IMG/VR virus record: IMGVR_UViG_3300048016_000009
Span: 1-56,744 of that record
DNA: 56,744 nt
Reading direction: 5' to 3' (one strand)
Source of the DNA: a virus
Lineage: Duplodnaviria; Caudoviricetes
This document shows positions 9,560 to 19,330 of the stretch, in pieces. Every line of letters begins with the position of its first letter. Position 1 is the stretch's first letter. The notes beneath the pieces were generated by a model. The model searched no databases and was not told where the DNA came from. It saw only the letters and a list, made by a program, of their open reading frames with translations. Position numbers and translations under genes: made by a program.

Positions 9560-10417
9560 TTAGTACTCCACAATTACAAAACCGCGACCCATCGTACCAG
9601 CAGCAGTATTTGCACTACCACCACCCGGAAAACCCCCACCACCACAATAGGCGTTGGAATAAGCCCCGCCCCCACCACCGCCGTTAGAGCCATTACCGGC
9701 ACAGCCTACGTTGGGTGTGGACCCACCACCTCCACCAGTTCCAATAAAATCCAAACCAGCAACAGTGCCAATTGCACCATTTAGTTGACTCATAGTCACA
9801 CCCGTTCCGGTTTGTACAACAGGTGCCCCTCCGCTTCCGGTAAAACCGCTGCCACCGCTACCGCCGAAGGGTGTGCCCCCGTTAATTCCGGCTCCACCAC
9901 CAGCGCCACCGGGAGCAGAAAACCCGTTATAAGTTGTGCTTGAGCCACCCCGCCCGCCGTCTCCAAACATTGAAGCTGCACCCCCGCCGCCGCAACCCAT
10001 GTTGGTGTTACCGTACGTGCCGCCGTTGCCGCCGGTCGTGTTGATGTCGCCCCCAGAGCCGGTGCCTCCGTTGCCAGAGTTATAAGCGCCCGCACCTCCG
10101 CCACCAGTTGCAGAACAATAAGCGCCGAAGCTGGAGGTGGCGGAGCCGCTGGTGCCGACTGTCACAGCCACGGTTCCACCGGGTGTTAGGCCAGTAATGG
10201 TTTTCATCGAAAAACCGGCACCACCCCCAGCCAACATGCCGCCATACGCCCCGTTAGCGCCAATACCACCAGAACCCCATACCCGCACACGGACGGCACT
10301 GACCCCCGCTGGCACAGTAAAGGTGCCGCTTGCTGTAAAGAACTGGACCCGACCGGTGCCGAATACACCAGTAAAAGGATTCAGGTTTGTACTCGAATAT
10401 GTTGAAATATTACTCAT
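9560..10417 (-). CDS. glycine-rich tail fibre / adhesin protein
   Basis: FTASGTFTVPAGVSAVRVRVWGSGG start, polyglycine repeats, GFVIVEY end. Confidence 0.75.
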   Translation of the reverse strand: MSNISTYSSTNLNPFTGVFGTGRVQFFTASGTFTVPAGVSAVRVRVWGSGGIGANGAYGGMLAGGGAGFSMKTITGLTPGGTVAVTVGTSGSATSSFGAYCSATGGGGAGAYNSGNGGTGSGGDINTTGGNGGTYGNTNMGCGGGGAASMFGDGGRGGSSTTYNGFSAPGGAGGGAGINGGTPFGGSGGSGFTGSGGAPVVQTGTGVTMSQLNGAIGTVAGLDFIGTGGGGGSTPNVGCAGNGSNGGGGGGAYSNAYCGGGGFPGGGSANTAAGTMGRGFVIVEY

Positions 10418-12585
10418 TAGATGATTCTCCAAGTTGATCCATTATACACAAGTCCAAATGCCGCGCCATTAGTTGATGCGTACATATCTTCGGCAAGGGA
10501 CATGATAGTATTACCATTTCGCGCAATAGTAAGCGCGTTTATACTGAATGCTCCACCAGCATCCATGATATTAACTAAGTTTCCAACTGCTGGTGAAGCA
10601 GGAAGTGAGATTACAAAACTACCACCAGTTGTATTTGCTAAGATATTATTTCCAGCAATAGCTGTATAGTCTGTTGTTTTGACAATGTAACCTGATCCAC
10701 CAACTGTTAGATCACCGCTACCCAATACAGAACTACCATTGATAGTTTTGATGTTTGTACCACTAACCAGTGTAGATTGTACACCCGTGAGTGTGTTGTT
10801 TGCAATGTTGATAGTTTTGTTAGTAAGTGTCTGAGAATCTGTTGTACCAACAACATCACCTGTTGGTGCTGTCTTCAAAGCAAAGGCAGCAAGATCACTA
10901 TCATAACCCTGCACAGTCACACCAATAGCAGCAGGCTGCAAAGCAGTATCAGCATTAGTACCTTGAGCAGCAGTGGCATAGGCCGTACTAGCTGTAGTGG
11001 CTGCTGTACCTAAACCTAAATTAGTACGAGCTATAGAAACATCAGATACATCAGAGAGATTATTAAGGTTAACTAAGAAGCCACTTGCAGTGAATGCAGC
11101 ACTTGTCCACACAGAACCTGTCCATATAAACAAGTTGTTTGAGGTGGAGTTCCAGTAGATAGCACCAGTCAACAAAGTGTTGCCATCATTGTCTACAGTA
11201 GGTGCTGAAGCTTTAGAACCAAGGTAACGATCATCAAAGCTATCATAGCTGGCAGCAGCACTCGCAGCAGCGCTAGAGGCTGTAGAGGCTGAGTTACCAG
11301 CATTGGTTTCAGATGTTGCTGCATTGGAAGCAGAAGTTGCGGCTGAGGCGGCAGAGGCAGCAGCAGCGGTAGCACTACCCAATATGTTATCAACATACAC
11401 TTTGGTAGTGGCATCACCGTCAGCAGTAGGTGTACCAAGACCAGTAATCTTATTGCTACCCATCGCAATAGCACCAGTCATATTGCCGCCAGCTTTTGGC
11501 AGGTTCAAAGCATCAGCATTGTCTACATAGACCTTTGTTGCTGCATCTTGGTTTGCTGTAGGAGTACCAAGACCAGTGATCTTGTTAGTGCCCATAGTAA
11601 TGGCACCAGTCATAGTGCCACCAGCTAACGGAAGCTTAGTAGCAATAGAGTTGGTGAGTGTTGTGGACAGGTTAGGATCGTTACCTAATGCTGTAGCAAT
11701 CTCGTTGAGTGTATCCAATGTAGCTGGAGCAGAGGCAACCAAGTTACTAATCGATGTATCTACATAACCCTTAGTGGCTGCATCACCAGCATTGGTTGGT
11801 GTAGACAGATTGGTAATGGTGGCAGCAGTGCCAGCATTCATGTTCAAGCCACCGTTGATGACTACATCATTGAAAGTGGAAGAACCGCTAGAGGCTGTGA
11901 CGTTGCCTGTCAAGTTGCCTGTGACGTTGCCAACAACAGGACCAGTATGTGTACCAGCAGTGTTGCCTGTGACGTTGCCTGTCAAGTTACCAGCAAAACC
12001 TACAGTGGCTGTGACGGTAGTACCTGTGATGGCCTGTGCAGCAGCACCACCAATGACAGCACCATCAATTGTACCTGCGTTGATGTCAGCAGAAGCAATT
12101 GTTGCTGCGGTATTGACTGTCAGGTTAGTAACTGTAGCAGCAGCAGGTGTTGTCGCTCCAACAACAGTGTTGTCAATAGTGCCTGCATTGATGTCAGCAG
12201 TATCAGCAATCAAGCTATCAATGTTTGCTGTGCCATCAATGTACAGGTCTTTAAACTGTAATGCATTAGTACCGAGGTCAATGTCATTCCCAGTAACTGG
12301 AACAATAACACCATCTTGGAAACGAACTTGTTCAACGGCAACCCCACCAACTTCAACAAATACACCATGACGGTTATTAGTTGTATCGGTAGCAATCTTA
12401 TTCAGCATATCGCTGTCACCGATCAAGGGAACAGGATGGCCTTCAGCAGCAGTGCCGTCATGCTTATGACCACCAGTGGAGGAGAAAGCATCACGAAGAG
12501 CATTAAGCTCATTGTTGATTGGTGCAGCCCGTACAACAGCCGTTGGTACGATGTCAGCAGCAGATTGTCTTACGTAACCTGTCAT
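10417..12585 (-). CDS. tail fibre protein (722 aa)
   Basis: Repeats of LP.AGG.MTGAI.MG.NKITGLGTPT...DA.TK.YVD, GN(L/V)TGNVT and ADINAGTID, plus an Ala/Ser-rich shaft. Confidence 0.85.
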   Translation of the reverse strand: MTGYVRQSAADIVPTAVVRAAPINNELNALRDAFSSTGGHKHDGTAAEGHPVPLIGDSDMLNKIATDTTNNRHGVFVEVGGVAVEQVRFQDGVIVPVTGNDIDLGTNALQFKDLYIDGTANIDSLIADTADINAGTIDNTVVGATTPAAATVTNLTVNTAATIASADINAGTIDGAVIGGAAAQAITGTTVTATVGFAGNLTGNVTGNTAGTHTGPVVGNVTGNLTGNVTASSGSSTFNDVVINGGLNMNAGTAATITNLSTPTNAGDAATKGYVDTSISNLVASAPATLDTLNEIATALGNDPNLSTTLTNSIATKLPLAGGTMTGAITMGTNKITGLGTPTANQDAATKVYVDNADALNLPKAGGNMTGAIAMGSNKITGLGTPTADGDATTKVYVDNILGSATAAAASAASAATSASNAATSETNAGNSASTASSAAASAAASYDSFDDRYLGSKASAPTVDNDGNTLLTGAIYWNSTSNNLFIWTGSVWTSAAFTASGFLVNLNNLSDVSDVSIARTNLGLGTAATTASTAYATAAQGTNADTALQPAAIGVTVQGYDSDLAAFALKTAPTGDVVGTTDSQTLTNKTINIANNTLTGVQSTLVSGTNIKTINGSSVLGSGDLTVGGSGYIVKTTDYTAIAGNNILANTTGGSFVISLPASPAVGNLVNIMDAGGAFSINALTIARNGNTIMSLAEDMYASTNGAAFGLVYNGSTWRII

Positions 12586-12593
12586 GTTATTCC

Positions 12594-14150
12594 TTATCGT
12601 CTATCGTTCATGGAGTAGTTCATCACCAATCCCTGAACAGTGTGACTAGCATTTGTATCGTTTGTCACATATTTGAAAGCTATGGAGAAACCAGAGCCTT
12701 CGATATTTATCTTCTCTACTGGTGAAGGGTTGCCATCAAAAATGGCAGCAGCATCATACACAGCTTCGTTATAGTAAGCAGCAGCACCACTTGTTGTCAT
12801 TGTGTAGTTGGCAGGATTGAAAACGTTTTGACTGTCTTCAAAATCATACGATACACCCAATGAGATTGTTGTAGAACCTTCGCTTCGCAAGAATGTTGTC
12901 AAGTTGTAGAAGTTCTTACGGATGGTAGGATCTTCAAAGTAGTAGTATGGGGTTTGATAAACAGACAATATTGGTTGTCCATCAAAGGACGATCCTGTTT
13001 CTTGCTTATGTACCTTACCATTAGCATCACCATGAATGACAATCTCATCCACACCTACATAACCACTCGACGCACATGTTGCTGGAAAATCAAACAACTG
13101 ACTATACTCAAAACCAAAACCACCATCACGCTGTCTCAGACCACCAAGTAAACCAAATGTACCAGCAGTAGGAATGAACATTCTAAACTGAGATTTCTTC
13201 CTAATAACTATTGAAGTCAATAAGTCAGGGTCAAGGTTATCAGCAACAAGTTCTTTCAAAATAGCAGTAATGGTAAACTGAATCTGCTTAGAGATTGTTT
13301 CGAGTTCAACGTCACCGATATTACCTGTACCTGCCACTGGTCTAAAACCATCCGGTCCTAAGAACAACAGATTACCACCAAGTTCTACCACACTATCTGA
13401 AGCAATACATCCCAAATTGGTAGTGACTTCACTAACTACGAAGTCAGCAATGTTTGTACCGACCAATGCTTTAATAGCATTCTTACCGAAGATGTAAAGA
13501 GTATCGCGGAAAGGCTTAATCTGTACAATTTCAAAGCCTACGTTAATAACACCTGCACCATTGGCTGGACTGAAATCTGTCTCATTAAGTGGTGCAGAGA
13601 AATAGAGATTGAACGGTTCAGATGGGTCACCAGCCAAGAACATGTGATTCTTAAAAGAAGAAGCAAACTTAGGAGAGTTAGGTGCGTTGGCATGTGTGAC
13701 CTGTGTATAGGTTGTACCATCATATGTTGCAGCCGGGTTAATACCATCTGTCAAGAACAACTTACTAGAAATCCAGTTGTAGCGAATCATCCTGACTTTC
13801 TTCACACCAGTCATAGTGACTGTGCCGGGAGTTGTGATAGCCACCCATGCTGAAGTAGCAGTGTTCCACCTATAGAAATAGTTTGTGCCTGTAGAAGGTT
13901 TGCGACACGCAAAGATGGCATCGTTAATGTTTTCAGCAACAGCAACACCCAACACACTACCTGTACCAGCTACAGTGCCGTAGTTGTTAGCATAACCACT
14001 TACACGACGATAGCCACCCGATGTAGATGGTTCGTAGTTGATAAGTTGTGTAGCCGATCCCGGCTCTTGTTCGCCCTGTGACAATACATCACGGTTGGTG
14101 TTCATGCCACCAATCGATGTTACTTTGTAGCCTAAGATTCTATCTGCCAT
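12594..14150 (-). CDS. tail nozzle / tubular protein B-like (518 aa)
   Basis: Beta-rich; GGMNT start and GC..SDSV.E.GG.L.FL.PDG pattern; position after the adaptor. Confidence 0.65.
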   Translation of the reverse strand: MADRILGYKVTSIGGMNTNRDVLSQGEQEPGSATQLINYEPSTSGGYRRVSGYANNYGTVAGTGSVLGVAVAENINDAIFACRKPSTGTNYFYRWNTATSAWVAITTPGTVTMTGVKKVRMIRYNWISSKLFLTDGINPAATYDGTTYTQVTHANAPNSPKFASSFKNHMFLAGDPSEPFNLYFSAPLNETDFSPANGAGVINVGFEIVQIKPFRDTLYIFGKNAIKALVGTNIADFVVSEVTTNLGCIASDSVVELGGNLLFLGPDGFRPVAGTGNIGDVELETISKQIQFTITAILKELVADNLDPDLLTSIVIRKKSQFRMFIPTAGTFGLLGGLRQRDGGFGFEYSQLFDFPATCASSGYVGVDEIVIHGDANGKVHKQETGSSFDGQPILSVYQTPYYYFEDPTIRKNFYNLTTFLRSEGSTTISLGVSYDFEDSQNVFNPANYTMTTSGAAAYYNEAVYDAAAIFDGNPSPVEKINIEGSGFSIAFKYVTNDTNASHTVQGLVMNYSMNDRR

Positions 14151-14863
14151 TATGCAACTCGTTGTGATGTACGCGACTGAACAATCATTGTCGAACGCAT
14201 AACCAATGGCTCATCCATCAACAATCGACGCATTGTCTTAATACCTTGCTCAAACCTATCACGATGCAAGTTAGCGCTTTGTTCATTAGAACGATACAAC
14301 ATCATGTATGTCATAGCACCATCAATGACAACGCTGTCAAAGCGGCTAGGAACAATACAGGTATCAGTGGACTCTGCCATATCAACAGGGAATGACCAGT
14401 ATTTGTATTCGATGACGTAGGCTTGATCAGCACGTGGTGTGACACTAAACTTACCTTCTTGTGTTTGAACTACAGCTTCTGTAGGACCGTAACCACCAGC
14501 ACCAGCAGCGTCATCAATAGGACGACGAGTATCCAAGTACTCTGGATAAGACAATACAGGCAAACGCCGTGGTTCGTTATTACCTGCAATTATCTGTTTC
14601 AAATAAAACGATTCCCAATCAACACTGGATGTGTCTGCTGGAAAGTTATAATTAGATGTGCCATCAGTGGCAAGTGTTTGAGAATATGTAACGAGTGCAA
14701 AAGGCCATTCTTGTGCAGAATGCATCAACTCTCTAACAGATGAATTGATGGCCTGTTTAGCCAACGCCTGCACGTTACGCGCACCATCGAATTCAGTGGG
14801 GTCCATAACGACCTCACCCATTCGTCGCAGCAATTCATTTGTTAAGGAGATGTATGTTGACAT
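14150..14863 (-). CDS. head-tail adaptor / tubular protein A-like (237 aa)
   Basis: TY..LTN..LRR.GE start and EWPF motif; position downstream of the capsid genes. Confidence 0.65.
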   Translation of the reverse strand: MSTYISLTNELLRRMGEVVMDPTEFDGARNVQALAKQAINSSVRELMHSAQEWPFALVTYSQTLATDGTSNYNFPADTSSVDWESFYLKQIIAGNNEPRRLPVLSYPEYLDTRRPIDDAAGAGGYGPTEAVVQTQEGKFSVTPRADQAYVIEYKYWSFPVDMAESTDTCIVPSRFDSVVIDGAMTYMMLYRSNEQSANLHRDRFEQGIKTMRRLLMDEPLVMRSTMIVQSRTSQRVA

Positions 14864-14874
14864 AGTTTATAAGC

Positions 14875-14906
14875 AAGAAAGGGGTGAGCCTTTTACAACC
14901 CACCCC
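14875..14906 (-). terminator. intrinsic terminator
   Basis: Minus strand GGGGTGGG-loop-CTCACCCC-TTTCTT. Confidence 0.6.
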
Positions 14907-14922
14907 ATGAAGATATTAGCGA

Positions 14923-15330
14923 TTAAGCCAGTTGATCGCGGTCAACTTCTTCAGCAGCTTGAGCGCTCTTAGAGCAGTCAACCACCACAGCCCACACACG
15001 ACCAGTGATAGCACCGGGTGTACCAGAGATGGTAGTCACAACGTCGATGGTGTCAGCAGCAGCGATAAAGCCGGGAGTAACGCCACCCTTGTTGGTGTTA
15101 GCAGCAGTGTTGTCAAAGTTCAAGTCGTTAGCAAACACAGTAGTGCCATCAGTGACATCCAATGTATAAGTTGTAACGTCAGGAACAACGGTGAAGTTCT
15201 GAAAACCAGCAGCCAACACAGTAGTGCCAGCAGGAACAGAGATACCAACGGTGGTAGCAGAAGCGCCACCCAAAGTCACGACCTTCTCAACGAGAACAGG
15301 AGCGTAACGAACAGATTGAACGATAGCCAT
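14923..15330 (-). CDS. putative capsid decoration/cement protein (135 aa)
   Basis: Beta-rich small ORF directly after the MCP. Confidence 0.5.
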   Translation of the reverse strand: MAIVQSVRYAPVLVEKVVTLGGASATTVGISVPAGTTVLAAGFQNFTVVPDVTTYTLDVTDGTTVFANDLNFDNTAANTNKGGVTPGFIAAADTIDVVTTISGTPGAITGRVWAVVVDCSKSAQAAEEVDRDQLA

Positions 15331-15364
15331 TTTAGATTTCCTTTAATGAAAGATGATTGATGTA

Positions 15365-15398
15365 GAAACAGGGAAGCGTTTTAAGCTTCCCCTGTTTC
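15365..15398 (-). terminator. hairpin / terminator after the major capsid gene
   Basis: GAAACAGGG(G)AAGC...GCTTCCCTGTTTC inverted repeat right after the stop. Confidence 0.6.
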
Positions 15399-15399
15399 A

Positions 15400-16470
15400 T
15401 TAGGCCACGTTGTACTTCGCAGTCACGATGGCTTCTGGACGCAAGATCTTACGACCGTACAGATGCATACCACGCACGATGTCAGCAAAGCTGTCGGGAT
15501 CGCGGTAAGTCTCAGTCTTGTTGATTTGCTGAGCAGTTGCCACAGCAGCGTCTTGACCAGCAACGATCACACCGAAGTTGGCGTTCTGGTTAGCTGTACC
15601 AGCAGTGCCGGGACCAGTGCCAATCTTAGGCAGGTTGTTCGACACATAGATACGGAAACCGTGCAGGTTGTTGATGACCAAACCGTTTTGCAGACCGGAA
15701 CCACCGAAGTCGGCGTTCAACAGACGGCTGTCTTCGTCCTTCAACATCTCAACGAACACTGGGTCAACGACCAACCAACGACCTTGGGTATCAACGAACT
15801 GCTGATCCAACAGACGACCCATACGTGCGATCACCATCAAAGGTGAGGCAGTAGCGGTAGGCATTGTGGTTGCACCAGACAGGCGTGGAGCCAAAGGAAT
15901 GGAATGATCACCAGCAGAACCTGTAGTGATGTTACCGAAGCTAGACTTGATCAGCTTCATGCTGGTCAACAGCTCGTCAGCGCCAGCAGAGGCAACAGCC
16001 TTGGTGCCGGGAGCAGTGGTACGAGCAGTGTCAGCGTTGGCATGCAAAGCAGACTGGGTGTAACCGGACAAGTAGCCCAACACGTCTTGGTCATACTGGT
16101 CACGCAGGCGATAGCCAGCACGGTCAGTAGCCATTTGCATGAAGTTCACGTGCGAGTGAGCAGCTTCGATGTCATCAGACTTGAATGCGAAATAGTTCGA
16201 CTGGTCAATCACCAAGGTGAAGTCTTCGTCGTCCAAGTCTTGAGCAGTGATTTGTGTACCACGCTTGTAAGGCTGAACCGAAACTTCTGGCTCTTTAATG
16301 ATTTTAACGCTGTCGCCCATTTGAGCGATTTCGCCGAAGTAGTCATTGTTGGTGATGTCTTCAACAACAGACGACTTGCGGAAAGCAAGTTGTACTTTTT
16401 TGGAATAGATTACGGCACTGAAGTTACCATTGGGCAAATTGCCGTAGCCGGGTGCGGAAGGAAAAGCCAT
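15400..16470 (-). CDS. major capsid protein (356 aa)
   Basis: GNLPNGNF...GEIAQMGDSVKI...GRWLVVDP...RDPDSFADIVRGMHLYGRKILRPEA pattern; strong GGAG SD; follows the scaffold gene. Confidence 0.9.
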   Translation of the reverse strand: MAFPSAPGYGNLPNGNFSAVIYSKKVQLAFRKSSVVEDITNNDYFGEIAQMGDSVKIIKEPEVSVQPYKRGTQITAQDLDDEDFTLVIDQSNYFAFKSDDIEAAHSHVNFMQMATDRAGYRLRDQYDQDVLGYLSGYTQSALHANADTARTTAPGTKAVASAGADELLTSMKLIKSSFGNITTGSAGDHSIPLAPRLSGATTMPTATASPLMVIARMGRLLDQQFVDTQGRWLVVDPVFVEMLKDEDSRLLNADFGGSGLQNGLVINNLHGFRIYVSNNLPKIGTGPGTAGTANQNANFGVIVAGQDAAVATAQQINKTETYRDPDSFADIVRGMHLYGRKILRPEAIVTAKYNVA

Positions 16471-16786
16471 TTAAAAATCTCCTATAGATATATTGGCATA
16501 CATATAAAACATACGCTAACAAAGTCCACAGGGCTGTATCTTCTAGGTGTATAAGAATACCCACTAGCTATTAAGGTATTCGTATAGGCTAGATCAACTA
16601 GGTTGTCTGCTTACTAACGTTTTGCGCTAACAGCAACAAGAAACTACTGTCTCTGTCGCTTTACCAATGTCGAACCTTAAATGCACTGTTGGTGGACGAA
16701 GCTATCGTCGGCAATAGAGCTATAACAGTTCAACGTTTAACAGAGAAGATAGCTATATAAGTTACAACTATCTTGCTCTGTTGAAA

Positions 16787-16816
16787 GTTATACCAGACTT
16801 TTTCAGCCCGTGTCAA
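16787..16816 (-). promoter_or_regulatory. sigma70-type promoter for the capsid gene
   Basis: Minus strand TTGACA (16816-16811), 18 nt, TATAAC (16792-16787), with a TG extension. Confidence 0.7.
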
Positions 16817-16819
16817 CTA

Positions 16820-17692
16820 TTATCGTGCGCCGCTACTCAAATCGTAAATAAATTTACCACTCAGCATAGCTGCGTTGATCTTTTCTTCATTCGCTTCGTA
16901 CTGCTTGCTAGTCATCTTCTGTACTTGCGACTCATAAATTACACCTTCGGTATCTTTACCTGTTGGGGCTGATCGCTCACTACGGGTACGTACACCTTCG
17001 GCAGCAGAAGTGTCTTCCTTCTTCGACTTCGCCTTAGTAATATTACGATCAATCTTATACAGATCAATGGCACGAGCAGCAGAACGAGCATCTGTATCGT
17101 TCTCGTATAGAGCCTGTTGCACCCAGTTAGGTTGCTCTTCTGCCCAGTTATGGAAATCATCAGTATCTCGGATGGTGTCAAAGTCTGGATGAATCTTCAT
17201 GAGTTCAAGCTCAGCCTTCTCACGGGCTGTCAATCGCTCACGCTCATCCAAGTTTTTAAAGCGCTCTTCAATTGAAGCGGTTTGTTCTTTGGCTTTCTTG
17301 ATGGCAATTGTTTCTACAATCTTTGCCACGTCAGGATATGTCTCTGCCCACTTAGCCAGTTCGTCTTCACTGGTAGGCATCTTAATTTGTTTCTCGGTAG
17401 ACTGAGTAAGCTGACTACGCAACTCATCAATTTGTTTCTGCAACGTTACTTGTTGTTGTTGAGAATGACGACGAAGATCACCGTAGCGCTTCTTAAAGCT
17501 TTTCTCTTCTGCGGTCAGATTGCTGTCATCATCTGCGGGTTCATCCGCAGGTGGTGTAGGATCAACCTTACCTTCAGTGAGTTGTTTCAGTTCTTCTTCT
17601 TCACGTTCAATTCGCTCACGGTTAGTATTGCGTTTACCAAATGGTGCGACTGCAACGGTTTGTTGCTTTTGTTCCAAGACTACTTCAGTCAT
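16820..17692 (-). CDS. capsid scaffolding protein (290 aa)
   Basis: Acidic coiled coil with FKKRYGDLRRH and HPDF motifs; immediately upstream of the MCP. Confidence 0.75.
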   Translation of the reverse strand: MTEVVLEQKQQTVAVAPFGKRNTNRERIEREEEELKQLTEGKVDPTPPADEPADDDSNLTAEEKSFKKRYGDLRRHSQQQQVTLQKQIDELRSQLTQSTEKQIKMPTSEDELAKWAETYPDVAKIVETIAIKKAKEQTASIEERFKNLDERERLTAREKAELELMKIHPDFDTIRDTDDFHNWAEEQPNWVQQALYENDTDARSAARAIDLYKIDRNITKAKSKKEDTSAAEGVRTRSERSAPTGKDTEGVIYESQVQKMTSKQYEANEEKINAAMLSGKFIYDLSSGAR

Positions 17693-17818
17693 AAATACCT
17701 TTTAAGTTGGGGCTGCGCTGTAGGAGACATTATTGTCCCGGAGTCAGGTAGCCAATGATGACGGGTTATTGTTTAGTACCAATCTGCCCGTCACAGATTC
17801 TGGTATTCATAGTATACC

Positions 17819-19327
17819 TTAGTTTCGCTTACTAACAAAACCACCTTTAGCTAACAAAGCCCTATCACCAATGTAAGGAATATATCGTCCTTCAGCATTC
17901 TGCTTCATGTGATAACCCTTAATAGGTGCATCCTTGTAAATATCATCTTGATTTAGATTCAGAGTAGATGTATTAGCGGTAGTTGTTCGACTACCTAAAC
18001 CACCACCTACAGTAAGATCATTTGATTTAGTTGTTGTTGTAGCAAGCCCTGTTAGAACACCAGCCTTCACAGCATCAGCACCTGACATACCAGTAAATAC
18101 TTTCGATGCAGCATCACCAACTGTTGAAAGTAAGCTACCATCACTGACAGTCTTAGTGAGTGAGCCTTCATTTGCAGTGGCATCAAATGCATTAGCATTG
18201 TCACTTGCATTTGTAATACTATCTTCGATAGCTGACATAGCATCTGGACCCATTGCTCCTTGCATGAACCCATCATATGCACCATTAGAACCAAAAGCTG
18301 GATCTAAACCAGCAGCAAGATCTTCATCCGAGGCTTTCTTAAGTCCTTTAATATCTTTACTATTACTCAGGTAACCCGTAACAGCACCAGCAACCATTGC
18401 ATCTGTAACGTCTTGACCACGAAGACTAGCAGCGACACCACTGACTACCGATGTACCGATAGTCGATGCCATATCACCTGTAAGCCCCACACTCTCACCA
18501 GCCATCGTACCCACACCACCACTAATGGCAGCAGTTACAGGATCACGACCTGTGACAACAGCGCCAGCAACTTTACCTGCTATGTTTGCACCAGCTTGTC
18601 CAAGCATATCAACGACTGATTCAGTACCAGATACTGCACCAGAAACTTGTCCACCAACATAAGTGAGAGCAGCAGATTTAATAATATCACCAATGTCTTT
18701 ACCCTGAGCAGCCTGCAATGCAGCGGTGCCCAAGGGCCCACCATAAAACGCAGCAGCAACGTTGGCAGCAATAGCAAGTAGCTTATTGTCACCGATCATG
18801 TTTACAAGACTGTTACTACTAGCTGCGGTAGTATAAAAGATTGGTTGTCCTGTTGAGAAATCAACACGGTATCCGGTGTTGCCTTTACCAGCAAATGTAC
18901 CACCCCATGCGTTTTCAGTTTGACGCTCGGCATATGTATTTGGAACAACTTGACCCGTTACTGTATTACCAAAAGCTTTCTGTCCTGTATCAAAAACAGG
19001 TTCACCATTTTTAATAATTACCTTCGACTGATCTGCAATAGGAACAAAGACTTCTACATAGCCACCATCTTCACCACTACCTTGCCACTCAGCCTGCATA
19101 GTTCCATAAACTTGCTTGCCGTCCTCACCAGTTCTGGCTTCTGCTTTTGCGTATTGCGAAACATTACCAAACTGTTTAATGTCAGTGATACCAATACCAT
19201 CAAGAATCTTAGCCATATCATCAGCATTAGCTTTAGCTGAACCATGACCTTGACCCTGCCATTTATCTGAGATCCCTTGACCTAAGATTTGCTGAGACAG
19301 CTTGCTTATATTAGAAGCATCTGCCAT
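17819..19327 (-). CDS. putative virion/internal protein, Gly/Ala-rich (502 aa)
   Basis: Glycine-zipper-like middle region; C-terminal LLAKGGFVSKRN; between portal and scaffold. Confidence 0.55.
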   Translation of the reverse strand: MADASNISKLSQQILGQGISDKWQGQGHGSAKANADDMAKILDGIGITDIKQFGNVSQYAKAEARTGEDGKQVYGTMQAEWQGSGEDGGYVEVFVPIADQSKVIIKNGEPVFDTGQKAFGNTVTGQVVPNTYAERQTENAWGGTFAGKGNTGYRVDFSTGQPIFYTTAASSNSLVNMIGDNKLLAIAANVAAAFYGGPLGTAALQAAQGKDIGDIIKSAALTYVGGQVSGAVSGTESVVDMLGQAGANIAGKVAGAVVTGRDPVTAAISGGVGTMAGESVGLTGDMASTIGTSVVSGVAASLRGQDVTDAMVAGAVTGYLSNSKDIKGLKKASDEDLAAGLDPAFGSNGAYDGFMQGAMGPDAMSAIEDSITNASDNANAFDATANEGSLTKTVSDGSLLSTVGDAASKVFTGMSGADAVKAGVLTGLATTTTKSNDLTVGGGLGSRTTTANTSTLNLNQDDIYKDAPIKGYHMKQNAEGRYIPYIGDRALLAKGGFVSKRN

Positions 19328-19330
19328 GTC

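Noticed and set aside
11420-11640. LPLAGG / LPKAGG in the tail fibre as further copies of the AxGG tag
   Set aside because: The register differs, and they belong to a well-known fibre repeat (LPxAGGTMTG).
11900-11990. 12-bp-period GTTGCCTGT repeats as a DGR or contingency locus
   Set aside because: They encode the GN(L/V)T fibre repeat. There is no reverse transcriptase and no adenine-specific template/variable pair.
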